A stretch of 50,870 nucleotides of DNA, the filler included, from Basidiobolus ranarum (Eukaryota), in NCBI GenBank assembly GCA_040143965.1. It is 2 parts of 2 records of this genome, joined end to end, with 100 filler letters (N's around TTAATTAATTAA, not from the genome) between each part and the next. Parts side by side here need not be neighbours in the genome. Positions count along the whole stretch, not along the records: positions 1 to 25,513 come from JASJQH010000142.1; 1 more part is not named here. One strand, 5' to 3'. Below the pieces are notes generated by a model. It was not told where the DNA came from and did not search any database. It saw only the letters and a list, made by a program, of their open reading frames with translations. This document shows, piece after piece, positions 1 through 16,701 of the stretch. Both the position numbers and the translations under genes were made by a program. How positions within the stretch are numbered: position 1 is the first letter of the stretch; each line of letters opens with the position of its first letter.

Positions 1-1
1 C

Positions 2-151
2 TCACTCCTCCACCTCGAAGTTACTGAGGCCATACTCCAGGATGAAGATACCAGAGATCAGAAAATGTTACCCCGTCAATATAATCCAGTCAAAATTGAC
101 CAAGCATTTTCAACAGGTGAAGAGAAAGGTCTCTTGGATGATCACGAATGA
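2..151 (+). CDS. Possible 3' end of a gene entering from the left edge (…QAFSTGEEKGLLDDHE*)
   Basis: Stop-free frame from the window edge to TGA at 149-151, followed by AT-rich 3'UTR-like sequence; no recognisable domain. Confidence 0.3.
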   Translation, partial: SLLHLEVTEAILQDEDTRDQKMLPRQYNPVKIDQAFSTGEEKGLLDDHE

Positions 152-393
152 TAGAAATTGAAATTTTGTTCGTCTATGTTACCATGTTTACCTTGTATAA
201 AACACTCGATTCCTCATCTATCTTTTCATTGTGTTGAAGCACTCGGAATTGCAGTATCTATTTACTCTGAAAAGTATATTCCGCTCTAGTTTTCTTTTTT
301 TACACCATTCTATCAACATTTATTGTTCATTAAATAAAGAAACGGAAATTCGTGAATTATAAAAAAAGGTACATCTTATACACTAACATAAAA

Positions 394-3300
394 CTAGTTC
401 TTTCTCCCTTTTTTGTGTTTGCCTCTACTCTTCTTGACTTCTGAAGTGAGTAACGGTATATCTGCATGCTGTTCGATTACCGGTTTACTTTCCTGAGAAA
501 TGACTGTCTCCATAAATACAGGTGAATCAGCTGGATATTTTTCGTCCTCTTCTTTCTCTAGCATCTCTTCACCCTCTAGTATCTCTTCGTCAGGCACATT
601 TCTATCCTTACTTTCTTCGTTCAAGTAACCAAGAAACTCCAAATCATCCACCGCTGTTTGAGCTATAGACTGTTCAGGTTCATCATGGGTAGATATATCT
701 TCTATCTCAACAAAATTGAGGTCATCAAAGGATAAGCCTTCTAAAATCAATCTCTTATTAACACAACGGTGTGAGGAAGGGGAGAAAGTACTCCATTACA
801 AACCATTTTTACTACGAACTGGAGTGGGAATTTGAATCTCATTAGATTTGTTCGATATTAGTGGAAGTGAGATTAGACTAGAGTCGATTGCATTGGATAA
901 GTCCCCTATTATGAAATTTCAACAGCTTAAGACACAGTGCGATTCTTGAAAGGAGAGTAAGTTGCAGCCTACCTTCAAGTTCATATTCAGAAGAAAAGTC
1001 ATCATCCTCGGCTTTTTTAGGGATGTATCTAAATCAGCGCATGAAATTAATTTTGGGAATGGTGGTTTGCTTTTTGGTGGAATTTCTGGTTAAAACTTAC
1101 ACCCCATAAGGAATTGGCATATCTTTCCTGACTTGAACATTTCTCGCTTGAGCGTATGGTTGGAAAGTTCGTATTTTAAAGCTTTCAGAATCGAAGGTTT
1201 GCAATGTGAACTGCGACGAGTTCCATAAAGCTTCTTCATAAATATGATAAGTGGAAATCTCAGTTTGTGATAACCATTGTTTCTTATCCCTTTTCTTGCT
1301 GATTTTCTCATTCTAAATCAATATAAACCATGGTAAATTTCAATCGTAAACTTGTAGTCATGGTAGTACATACCATAATTACGCTAGTAACCGAAGGCCA
1401 GTCAATTCCTCGAAAGAGATTCCATTCAGCAATATCCTCACCGGATACACTTAACTCAAACGTGTTGACGATTATACCTACGAGGACAAAGAGTTATTAA
1501 ACTACTCAGTATCTCTCCAAACAAATTAATATTCACCTTGCTTTTTTTTCCTCAGTGAAATAGCCGTAGTATCTAACCGGTGAAGAGTTAATATCCCATT
1601 TTTGCTAAAGGTTAAGATATCTTGTTGGCCACTTGGCATGCTTTCGCTTCCTCTGCGAGCAACTGGTGATGACGATTCGTGAGAATCAATGAACAGCGTA
1701 ATTGGTGACATTTGAATTTGCTGATGAAAAGAGGAGTCCGTGGGTGAATAAGAAAGTACACCTGGTGAACCATCCGGTAAACACTCATATTCTGACATTT
1801 CCATATCCATAAGTCCATAATGCTTTTGTTTAATCCTGGCTATAGAAGAAAGCGAGACATGTGGAGTCTCCTCTAGTGAACGATTAGGTTGTCCTCGTTC
1901 ATTCTCTATTCGGCTTCTAACATGCGAGGAAACGTTAGGTGGCCCACCATAAGGATTTATTGCATAGATATGCGTAGTCCCGCGCCCAGTACTCACGGCT
2001 AACCATTTAGAATCTGGGCTGAAGACAATATCTTCAACATGAGCTGAAGTATATCCACGAGCCAATTTGTATAAATGTTTCACATGACCAATTCCGTTTT
2101 CTCCGTTTACTCCAAACACTTGGAAGCTGGTACCTTGAATGGACGCAGTTACAAGTAGCGATCCACTCATGTTAAACGCCAAGGCAGCAATCGCATGGTG
2201 GTGGGCTTGGAAATGAGCAATCGGTGGGTTTTGCTTTTTTTCATAGTTGGATGCTTTTTTGCCTAAGATTGACAAAAGATCTCGAACTATAACCTAATTA
2301 ATTTCTTATTAGCAACGATTTCATGATGTGATAAAAGAAGGAATATAGATTGTTTTTACCATTCCTTCGGGCAAGGACCTGTCAAAATGTCTATTCTCCG
2401 ATGCAGAAGATCCGGAGGATAGACTGCTTGATGCTTGGGATTTTGGCGAGCTAGAGTGCTTTCCTTGTGAAGGTGGGGAAATAGCCAAGTAGTTAGAGAG
2501 TGTTTTGTAACCATATTCTCCTATAGAACAAGTAAATAAAATGATTATTATTATCTGGTTCAAATTGTACCAACTAATTCAACCATACCAATTGACTTGA
2601 CACCATTCATCATCTCTTTGGCTACACGCTCGACATTAAAGTTGGGAGCATGAGCATTAGGAGGTGGGTTTCTAGAGTTAACAGGTGGAGGAGTTGAGGT
2701 ACCGTAGGCCAGTAGTCGATATCCTAAAGCTACTACGGGGGAACCAGTGATGGGATGGCAGTATATATCCGTAAATCGAGCCAATCTCTCTAAAGAGAAA
2801 GGTGAGAGTATATCTATAGCCGTATATTTCAATAGCTAACAGAAAGAGTGATTAGATTGAATATCTACCAATTCGTATGGAGAACTTCGTAATACCACAA
2901 TAACCGCTCGCTCATTTGCCTTAATACCGGAGATTTCTTCATTGTCGTACTCTATGGTTTTAACGAGATTGTGATTCTTTAACGAGAAGAAATTCAGAAT
3001 AGAATGCTCTTCCCCATTGATGACATCTTTTTTGTCAGTGCTTTAAGGCATAAAAGTCAGTAATCTAAATTAGCTACAAAAAAGTGAGGATCTTACACAT
3101 AAGCGAGTAGTGCTCTACAATCTTGAAAATCATCGACCGCAAAGTCATCAGATACTATTGGATTAGGAAGAACCTATTGAGGTGTTAAGATTCCAACATC
3201 TGTCATTGATAGCAAAGCGATAGATGCAAACCTCAATAGATCTAATTTCAGATTGGTCTCTGAATGAAACAGCCTCACAAATATTGTCAGTGTCTGTCAA

Positions 3301-3856
3301 GTCCCATATTTGAAATCCGTCAGTATATCCTAATAATAAGCATAGTCTGCTAGTTGCCAGGATATAGGTGATAGTATAGTTAATTTGTAAGGATATGTTT
3401 CCGATCAATTAGTTTAGTAATTGGTGAAAGTTACCGATGAGAACTGGAGTCTGTACTATTATGACTAAACTGTCCGGTAATCCAACTAAAACTGGCGTAG
3501 GTTACAGTTTTCTTACGCTCAGGAGTCATCATTCCACCTTCTCCAGGAGAGCCTCTGGTGGTGTTGTAAGGAGAATCAAGTTTAATGGAGGTTCTTTTAA
3601 CACGTGAGAGTGACTCCGGAAGACTATGTGCTACATAAGTTGAGATTCCATGAAGCACTGAGCTAATGCTATGTAAAGAGGTGGGGTCTCTAATAAATTT
3701 ATTGGATAAGTGAATATTAGTAATGTGAAGAGGTGACACTATGACTCCTCATAATCTCTACCTAAAATATTTAGGCTCTGCTTTCACTCTCATGGTCGAA
3801 GTGACTGCTTCACCAGAATATTTTTGTAACTTATTGGATTCGTTTGTTCTTGTCAT
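394..3856 (-). CDS. BCAS3/ATG18-related WD40 beta-propeller protein (multi-exon; start uncertain, a downstream ATG encoding MRVKAEPKYF is an alternative)
   Basis: Spliced frames give LLLGYTDGFQIWD, AHHHAIAALAFNMSGSLLVTAS, HLYKLARGYTSAHVEDIVFSPDSKWLAVSTGRGTTHIYAINPYGG and the BCAS3-type WLSQTEISTY…LWNSSQF; GT-AG introns join ORFs 3431-3739, 3163-3408, 2560-2832, 2321-2563, 1526-2275 and 394-750. Confidence 0.85.
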
Positions 3857-4435
3857 GCAAGTAGTGTTTTGGCGCTCATTAACTGAGGAATTCTTGGAGT
3901 TGCTTATGATTTGGTCACTGGGTTTGCGCTTAGAGGCTATATCATTCTCCTTACTTTTGGTAATTTTGGAAGAAACTTGTGGAGACAATTTGAATACTTG
4001 GTGATTGTTGAAGTTTGGTTATTTCAACAATACGTCAAGACTTGGAAATACAGTGATATGCTCCGCTCAGGGATACGGTGGATGTGGTTAATAAAGTGAA
4101 GTGGATAAAAGTAACGGCTGAGATTAAGAAGGAAGATAAAGAACCGCAATTCAGGAAAGAACGTATGTAGTAGGCTGATGTTTCTGATGTATATGATGTG
4201 ACTGAAGATAAGCCTGCAGCTCCCAAAATTAACCACTTCTTTTCCACGAATCGATTTTAGATCTAAGTAATATCTGGCCCTCTCTCGTCCATGTATTTCA
4301 CTGTAATTGAATAATGTATCAACTGTCTCCTAATGACTCTTAGCAATCCGCTCCACGTGGATTGGGAATATTGATATCGAATTCGCATCATGGGGAGATG
4401 CTAGGAATGTGTTGGCCATTATTAATATGATTGTG

Positions 4436-4487
4436 CGATGATGCGACGATACGATGATGCGACGATACGATGATGCGATAATGCGAT
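4436..4487. repeat. Short tandem repeat, ~16-bp unit CGATGATGCGACGATA, ~3 copies
   Basis: Read directly: cgatgatgcgacgata cgatgatgcgacgata cgatgatgcgataatgcga. Confidence 0.8.
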
Positions 4488-5940
4488 TGTTTACTTCTTC
4501 GTTATATCCACTTAGCTCATGGATGTTAAGCATATGCTGTAGCTTTAGTGAGCGATTCACACGCCTACTTTGGAATATTAGAATCAACAAGAATGATAAC
4601 CGTAAATACTAGGAGATCTCTGTAAATACTGGGAGACTCGGTAGTATTATTCTAAGACACCCCTCAAAATATCTCACATCACTAAATTTTCTGAGAGTGG
4701 CTTAGATACATTCACTTCGCGTGTAACTTATTAGGGAGTGGACTGCTTTGAATTGCTCCTACTCGTAGTGGTATGACTGTCATTGCTTGCGGACTGTATT
4801 ATTATGACACCACTATATGACGTATTACATCCAGACACTCATGGCTTTCTACCACCTATACCAACATGATAGAGAAACCCCGGTCACAGTAGAGATGCAA
4901 CCAGACATTACCAAAAGAGTCATAGTGTGTCAGGAATATCAGTATCCATAAACCATTCCAAAAACTCTGCCTCTATTACCATAAGCTGTTTAGATTTCTC
5001 TTACATCCCATGCGATATTTGTTCATAAGGTACATATGAGGGGGATATTCTACTTATGAAAACGTAAAAACGTGCTTTTTATCTCACATTGCATATTTTT
5101 ACTACTTTGGTCATTATTCATACCCATTACCTTTCTAGGTTGTTACCCTACAAACCATAGAATATCCATCCAACCAGAAAAGTGCATGGTAAACTGCAAG
5201 GTAATCACTGGTAATGTAGAAGCTAACAAGGTAATCAAATGGAAATGTGAAAAAGAAGCTTCTGATTGCACAAGAGCAAATACCAAATACTGAATAATGG
5301 CCGCCGATCCTCTCCAAATTCCTTGGCACATGTAGTCAGGTGTACCGTCTGAGCTAGACTCAATCACCTCACCACTCTTTCCATACAGATCACCGACCAA
5401 TAGCCAAGCAACATGTGATAGATAGTTCTCATATAGAAATCAAGGTCATTTACTCCATATATTTAGGGAATTTCAAAAGAAATAACGAATTTTCGAATAT
5501 TCGAATATTTATATGAAATCCAGCTGTTTCTATCTTGGGTGGATTATGCGTAGAAAGGGATGGTGAATATCCGTCCAACACTAGTATTAGGGGATATCTA
5601 GAAAGTAGTCAAAAAGAAGGGTGAAGTTATGAGGCAGATGGGGAAATGGACGAATAAGTTCTAGGTAATAGCGAGTTGATTGAATATATTCATGTGTCCT
5701 CACCAATTTCCACCAGGAAAGAAGAAAGGTATGAATAAATAAGAAATGAAGCAAAAAGAGGTCATATAAAATATATACGGTAGCTGTACTAGAGAGAAAG
5801 AAAAATGCCAGACTGGTGCTAATAAACGAGAATACAAACACAGTAAAAGCTATCAAGCATCGCTCAGGTATAAGAAACAAGTAATAGCTAAAAATATTAT
5901 CAAACAACTGTTCAGAATAATCAAACTCCGAAGCTATATA

Positions 5941-7308
5941 TTAATCATCCTCTAGTGTCATGTATCGCTCGCCAGATTGTTGGGCATGCACAATCCCATG
6001 GGGTGACGATTGTACTAGAATATATCATCAGTTACAGAGAAGGTATCACGATACATAGAATCCACTACTTACTGTATGCCTTCAGCCCCTTTCCAAAATT
6101 ATGGAAGCATATCCATGTTTGTATGATTGTCAGAAGAATCATTATCAGCGAAAGAGCAGCTACAAATGCGTCGGATGTTAGGTACAGCAAAGGTGAAGAG
6201 AAATAACCTCAACTTTACCAAAAAACGACAAAAAGATGATGACATTTTGATATTTGTCTTCCCGTCTTTGTATCCACATTTTGATGATTTTGAAAGCGAA
6301 GTAGCCAGCACCACAACATAAACCACCCAAGAAGATTTTGATCATCGTTTTGTTCTCTTTTCTCATCCCATAAATCGCAACTACTAGAGTAATGATCATC
6401 AACGGGAGCGCAGCGATCGTTAACGGTATTTCTAGATCTGATATGCGTAAAACCAGCACTAGGAACTGCACGCAGAAGCCCAAAAAGAAGAAAACATCCA
6501 TCTTTATCAACATGAGAAAGATTTGGTATGCACGGAATCTCTCTACAATTCGACGGATTAGCAATTGGTCGTAATATGGTGAGAGCAAGTCTAAAACGTA
6601 CCTTTCATCCGTAAATCAGCACCAATTCGCTTGTATATTTTCCAGCCAAACTCCTGATAAAGCTTCCAACCAACCACCATAAATACAATCTGAAAGAACA
6701 AAATGACTCCAGCAATAATCATAGGAAAGAGTACCAAATCCTTGGGAATATCGCTTGCTGAGAATGGCTTTAGAAAGGAAGATAGCTGAAACCACTGGAT
6801 AATAGAATATCCAAAGCAGCAGAAATGAAACACCAAAAACCCAATAATTTGAATGGTATTTTGAAATCGTAACTACAAGGTGAAACATTAAACTTAGAAA
6901 CCATCTTTGGGTAACAAATAAAACGGAAATAATTACCGCATCCCATATGAGAACCACTTGAAATATTTGGGAGCTAATGAAAATGATGAAATAGACAAAC
7001 AGACTGTTAACTTTTACTTTCAAAGCCTCTTTGCTCTCAGGTCCCCAATCTTTCGAATCGGCTTTGATGCTATTCTCCCATTCAGGTTTTTTACTAAAAT
7101 AGGTGTATGTAATGAAGGATTCAAAGAATATCACCAACACGGCTTCGATAAAGACCAGGATTAATGCTAGTTTTGCTGTACTAAACTTCCGCTGCTGCTA
7201 TTTAACCATAATATATATTTAGTAACTAAGTTAGGCAGAATTGTGGGGGCTTGTACCAAGAGAGGTGCAGACATAATAGACGCAAATAATGAAATAGAAT
7301 ACCTTCAT
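5941..7308 (-). CDS. Multi-pass membrane protein, fungal UPF0658-like family
   Basis: Spliced product MK|QQRKFSTAKLALILVF…; motifs LYQEFGWKIYKRIGAD, YQIFLMLIKMDVFFFLGF and CFHNFGKGLK; several hydrophobic helices; stop TAA at 5941-5943. Confidence 0.75.
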
Positions 7309-8154
7309 TTTGAGTATATATAATTAAGCTCTATATTCTTTCTTGTATATTCAAACTGTCTTCTCGTCACAGGTTATATGTTATATAAATAGTAGATATG
7401 CTATTCTTGTTGAGTTTCCTTTAGTCAGTGTCGAAGAGGTAGAGGGAGGTGTAGAGAATTATTAAGACGACACGACTCTAACACAGTAATTTGGAGGCCT
7501 TACTAGTAAGGGGTACAAATATCAAAAGGAAAGGGGAGTCAATAAAAAAGCTGTCAAAGAGGTAAGCCAGACCCGAAAAGTGAATGAGATTAAGACAATG
7601 TAGGATCTTATCTGTAAAAAAAGAAAATTATCGAGATATTATACACGCACAATTAATCAATCACCCAGAAAGCAAGAGCGCCTAGATGCACCCAAGTAAA
7701 GTATAAAGTATAGGTGCATTTTAATATCCGACATCACAGACTCTGACTAAATACTGACAAAATACCAAGCATCTAACTTGATTCGTCGCTGGAGGGTATT
7801 TTCAATTATCGCTCCAATCATCTTTTCCTTATCAGGATGGTGTAGAGTTGGCAGTATATATAGCACCCATGGAATGACAGCAGTAATCAAGCCCACCATC
7901 ACTTGCGCCCATTGCACCAAAATGAGTTACTGAAGGGAATCAGTGGAAGCAATCAAGCCAAACCTTGGACGAAAGTGATAGGTGAAAATTAACGGATTCC
8001 TACTCAGATTCCTACTCAGCTTGGTAACCATCACAAGCTTGTAATTAATGTCACACTTAATTCACCACACTAGATTCGAGCTTTGAATTACTTTACACAA
8101 GCACATTGAACCCCTGGAATAATGACTTGATGCGATCAATGCATCAATGTACGG

Positions 8155-8210
8155 ACAAACAATATAATACAAACAATATAATACAAGCAATATAATACAA
8201 ACAATATGAT
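8155..8210. repeat. Tandem repeat, 14-bp unit ACAAACAATATAAT x4, upstream of SEC23
   Basis: Four near-identical units read directly. Confidence 0.85.
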
Positions 8211-8576
8211 TAAAGCGCTCCTAAAATTAGAGGAGTTTAGCTAATCAAACTTCAGGTTACTTTTGGAGTTTGCTAATCAAACTTCCAAGCTGATCGAAGT
8301 CAGGTTTTGAGGGTGATGGAGTGTGATTGAGGGTGATTGATTGAAATTGAAGGTCAATGCTTGGTGGTGATGATTATATAAAACCATCCAATTATCAAGT
8401 GCCCACACACAGGCACTTAACTTTTATTATAGTAGTAACTTAAACACGATTTTCGAGAAATAGTCAATGCTTCACGAATGTTGTTCGATTTCATCCCAAT
8501 GTTTTTGACATGGGGTTACCATTTATACTTAGGCATCCGTCACCCAGATAATGTTTCTTTTATTTTCGAAAGTTAG

Positions 8577-11550
<2,974 letters not shown>

Positions 11551-12506
11551 ATTTACTGTCTATTTTGCCCCGTCCATCAATCAAATTTGGTTTAACTTGG
11601 AGGAAACCAGGGGCTCTTTTTTTTTGGAAAATCTTCTTTAAAAAATGATTGAAATTTAATTTGCATTCTTAGAACAATAAAAATATATTATCACTTCTAA
11701 TCAATTCTTGGATATTTATCGAGATGGCCTTTAAAGTAGTATATTTATTACTTATTTTGTGAGTTTATCGCATGGACAGTGGGAATAGTTCGTAGAGAAC
11801 TGGATACATTTTCTATACAATCAAACTTGAAAGACTTTATCATATCAAGGTTTGCTGTATGAATATCCTCACCGTCATTGAACTTTTTCTCACGAATTTT
11901 CCCGAATATGTTGTGCACGCTCCTCATCCGAAATTTAGCCAGAGTGTGTTGTACATATGTGCTTAAGAATGTGAAATATCTACCAGGTGCATGGACGATC
12001 GAAGATGAATAGAAATATCGAATCTCACCATAGATCGGTACCCTAACCCCTCATCGAAGAATCAATCGAACTTCCCCCAAGTTTAGTCGTGAAATCTATG
12101 CAGTAATAAGCAATCGAAATCTGAATATCATATTGTACGCTATTAAAATCTCACTTCGAATATTAATGAAAAATGCAATATTTTCATATTGAAATAACTT
12201 CGCACGGTGCATCAATCAAGATATGTGAGTCAAGATAGTCATTGATAAGAAATATATATTTACAAGTTATCCAAGAACACACCACATCAATGAAAGTAAT
12301 AAAGAAACTACAAGTGGAAAATTCCATACAAAGAATGCTCGACGAGGGTATTGAAGATAATACAAAGAATACGGCATATGTTAAATGACCAGAGAAACGC
12401 GTCAAGTAGCAGTTCTCCTCGAAGGCGTATAGAATAAGACAACAATTTCAATTACAGAAAGTAACAACTGTAACCCAATGAAAGTAAATTATCTCTTGGG
12501 TGGGTG

Positions 12507-13606
12507 TTAGTTCATGGCCGACATGAATCTGTTCAGTTGACTTTGTAAAGTTGAAATACTGCTGTATAGTTTCTTCTTAGATGCTGAATCCAAATTCTTA
12601 ACAGTAGATGGCGATTGTGCTGGATCAAGCTCTAAAACCTCTCCAGATGATAAGGGCACTTGAATTAATGGTGGATTAAAGTTGAATTCAGTCTTTGGAA
12701 CACGGTTCTCTTCTGTGACATCCTTTGTGATACTTTGGTTGTTTTTTGTGAAGGTACTGACGCGAACCGATTTTCTCTGTGGTAAACGTTGTGAACGAGT
12801 TGATCGTTGAGAAAGGGATACTTTACGCTTCACATTCTCCTCCATATTTTCCTGATACCAAATTCATTAATAAAATAAACCTTTAAGATTGATTGTAATA
12901 AGTACTCACTTTAATACGAGAACGTAGTGTACGAGCTGGTGGATTCTTGGATTCTCCTTCAGTCTATTTCATATTATAAGAAATTAGTTTTATCTCCAAA
13001 CCAGGTTGCTGAGTACTCCTATACTTACTGTCTTATTTCCCTTTTCCAAATGATTTTTTTTAAGTTTCTTTGGCTCTTCTTTAACTTGGTTTCCACGAAG
13101 TCGTTTTTTACTATTTCGAAAGAAGAGTCAAGATTCGTTCGTGTATTATATTATAGACAGACAGATAGATAGATAGGTAGTATACCCTTTCTTGGAAATA
13201 TCAGGAACAACAGGTAAAGAATATTTTTCCACTTCGAGAGCTGCTTGTCGGTCAAAGAATTCTTTAGTATTACAATGATAAGTTTCGGTGAATTCTTTCA
13301 TTGTAAGCGCTCTAATAGCTTTTGGTATTTTGTTAAGTTCCAAGTCCCCCCAAAAATTGAGATAAGCAGAAAGATGGTCTTGAGTAGTGAGAAGTTTACG
13401 TTTTCTATCTTGAACTAAGTTATGTAAAAAAAGAAAAGTTGAAGGTGAGTTTTTTCTTTGTTAAAAAAAACCCATAGTATTAAGTAAGGAAAAAAGAACA
13501 TACCCTCAAGTTCAAGATTATCTAACAAAGCTTGTTTCTCATCTGAAGAAAGACTAGCTGAAGTCCGAATATAAGGTTTAACGTTTTTGGAATTCTTTGA
13601 ATACAT
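12507..13606 (-). CDS. Borealin/Nbl1 N-terminal domain protein (chromosomal passenger complex subunit candidate), 5 exons
   Basis: Spliced N-terminus EKQALLDNLELE|VQDRKRKL…ELNKIPKAIRALTMKEF fits the Nbl1/Borealin_N pattern, followed by a basic low-complexity linker and a C-terminal helical region. Confidence 0.7.
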
Positions 13607-14112
13607 ATGAAAGTATGGTGATATTTAAAGAGTAGAACGTGGAAATAAAGAGTTCTCTCTTTTTACAAGTCAAAAAAGAATTGATGAATTATTTCAAAGT
13701 AGAAAAAGTGTTACTTTCAGTGGTTTACAAATTTACAACGGTAATAATGATTTGTTTATACTTGATTTTTATACTTTCACTTTCATTGGTTCAACGAATT
13801 CTTTCTATTGGTGGATTATTGGGCTTGAAATTGGTGTCAACAAATTCTAAATTTCATGGTCACCGAATTCATTCCCATTAAAATCTCTTGCTAAACAGCC
13901 AAGACTTCGTTCTTACTCAAGTTTAGATAACCTTGAAAATCACTCAGAATCTATGAAATAGATATCAAATAACATATGATACACTACGTCTTTGATGGGA
14001 AATTCTAGATTCAATAAAACAAAAGGAGGTATTCTTTTACGATGACGAAATCGATTTAATTATAGGAACACCAGAAAGCCTGCTTTTCAAGGAGTATGCA
14101 TAGCATCGAGAT

Positions 14113-16701
14113 TTATTCCATTCCAAGTGACCAAAAAGGTGGAAGACCCGAGCCTTTAATATTGGCCTGATCAAGCTTCGATTGGGACGGTTCAGTGGCT
14201 TGAGTAATCTTACTCAAAATCTCTTGATTTAGACCTGGGCCTCGAGTGGAGGCTTTCTCGGCTGCCATTGAAACACTTACTAAGGCTAGTATACGCATTT
14301 CTTCTTGACTTACCTCGGAGTGAGAGTTTGAGCTTTCATTTAGTAGAATCAATTTACCCGTTGAAAGATCAATATGTCGCGCTAAATATTTGACTATTGC
14401 ATTGTCTAGTCTTACTCCTTGAGCAGTCTGGTGTTTCCAAAGTTCGACATTGATGTTGGAATTCTGAATCATCCTTGTCAACAACGACCAATAGATCATG
14501 TTTTTTGTGGTTTGGTGATGAGCTTTTACATCAACGGAATCCTCACCTTTAGAGGTTCCTTTAGTGATCGTCAGTTTCTCATAAGGTTGTAACAGGTTTA
14601 GTTCGAACTGCTTCCCAATTCTCATTCTACTCCAATTAGATGTATGAAGGAATAATCGAACATCCCCTACAAATCCCGACAGAGCAGCAACTTGAAAATC
14701 CCTAAACGTTCCCCGATGATCCGAATATCTGGTTGTATTCTTGGTTTCTGGTGAAGTTATCAAATGAACAAGATAACGATTAGCCATTGCTACCATTTGA
14801 CTGTATTCCTTGTGAGTGACTGCATTTGTTCTTCTCAATAATCGAATGGCATCAAGAAAGTATGAGAAATCAGTCTCTTGAGGTATCGATTCTAGGCGTT
14901 GCCACAGTGGTGTAGGTGGACTTGGAATTGTATCCCAAGCCTGATTTGGTGATTGATTATCTTCTTTGGTTGGATAGTTTTCTACTTGATAATTCCAAAG
15001 ATGTGTTCGACCAAGAATATTACGACGCAATAGATTACCTGCCCAAGAGCCGTATTTCTCCTCACCGGTGAAATAGGAGGCAAGAGTAAGGATTGTAATA
15101 TCATTGAATAATGTTTCCAAATCGGGTGGTCTAGATGGGTTATTCACCTCTAAAGTCTTGACTGATGTAGGTTTTTGCAAATGAAGTTCCGATAACATAC
15201 TATCGATAATATTTTCTGCCTTTTTTTGCAGTTGTTTAACAGTATTTAAGATTTTCTCCTCACCAGACCAGTATTTCAATCGTTGTTGTCGAAGTTTAGT
15301 TTCATTATACATTAGTAATGTGTCGGAATTGAAGCGATTTCGTGCGATCTTTTCATCAATCGAATCAATGAATTGTTGGACCGCAAGTAAACGATTATAG
15401 GCACGCATACGTGTGGCCTCTTTGGTGTTGGTTTCTTGGTTCATTTGTCCCGAGAATAATCTATACACCCATCCAGAGGTTATGAATTGCCCCTTCTCTC
15501 TAGAATCGGGTCGTTCTCGAATCTCCCAAGGTACAATGTCATGAGAAGTATCACGCAATTTGTAAGCTCCAAGTCTCCATAAAAGTTCCAACTAAGATCA
15601 TAACAATATATGAGTAAACCTTGTAGACATCTTTCCCAATTCTATAGAAATATCCATATATCTATGTATATATAAATCTATTACCTTGGGTCTTCTCCCG
15701 TAACGCATTTGAGCGTTAAACATTTCCGTAGCATCAGCTCTAAATATGAGTTGAGGTTCTTGATTTGCATCTGGACGATCTTCAGAGTTCATGATCACTT
15801 CGGTGTTATTGAGTGCTCTCACCATAGGAACCACGAAATATTTATATGTTTCTCCATATAGATCTAAGTTTCTACGAACTTCATTGAAGGCTTTCCTTGT
15901 GAAGAAACAATTCCCATCAAAAGGAAATATCCATTTTGGATTCAAACGTTTCCCGTGTTGTAAAGCAAAGTTACGTCCACCATTCTACATGAAAGTAAGT
16001 TAACTTAGTAAGTAAAAAGTTAAAAGAGTGAAAAAAAGGGTGCCTTTCTTTATACATACATTATTCATAACGTAAAGATTCTTGTTATGATATGTAAAGT
16101 CAATAATTCTTAACTTTCCCATATTTCCCAAAGAACTAAATTCTTCCGACCTAAAAAAATCTGATACTGGAAATTCCTCGTAACGAAACTCTTTCTCTAA
16201 ATATTCCTCTTCTATAAACGGTATTCTCGTATATTTTTGGTGATAACGTTTCAATAAATCGATGAGGGCTTGTTCTTGGTCTGGATCCACAATTCTATTG
16301 AGTATCCACCACTTTTCTGTATCTGGAAAGGTGGGCTCATGTTGAAGTATAAACTGAACATTATGCAACGTTTGACCAGGTTTGTGACGTGGGGGAAGGT
16401 CGTTTCCTAGAATTCGATATAAGAGGATCTTTTCACTGGGTAGAGTTGGTATCGAAGTGAATATGTGAAGTGGAAGGTCGGATAGATGATATGAAATATA
16501 AAGATAACTGCAGAGAGCAGCTAGCATACAAAGACCCGTCACATAAAGCAGTCTCTTTAAGCATGCATGGGTACGAAACACACTTCGACGTGGGGATTTG
16601 TGTACACTGTAAAAAGGTAAATGGTGGTCATCCTGGGGTGACGTCATGATGGTAATGTTAGTACCTCGAGTGCGACGTGACTTAGGTGACTCTATCAACA
16701 T
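14113..16701 (-). CDS. Type II membrane protein with a glycosyltransferase-like (GT-A) region and a C-terminal alginate-lyase-like domain, 3 exons
   Basis: ATG 16701; single TM (LLYVTGLCMLAALCSYLYI); LLYRILGNDLPPRH, YVMNN|NGGRNFAL, WIFPFDGNCF, YGRRPK|LELLWRLG; C-terminal YFLDAIRLL and DHRGTFRDFQVAAL; introns 15985-16059 and 15592-15684. Confidence 0.75.

Noticed and set aside
11748-12097. About 100-codon stop-free minus-strand frame after an in-frame TGA (readthrough or selenocysteine idea)
   Set aside because: No recognisable protein, no redox motif around the TGA and no evident SECIS.
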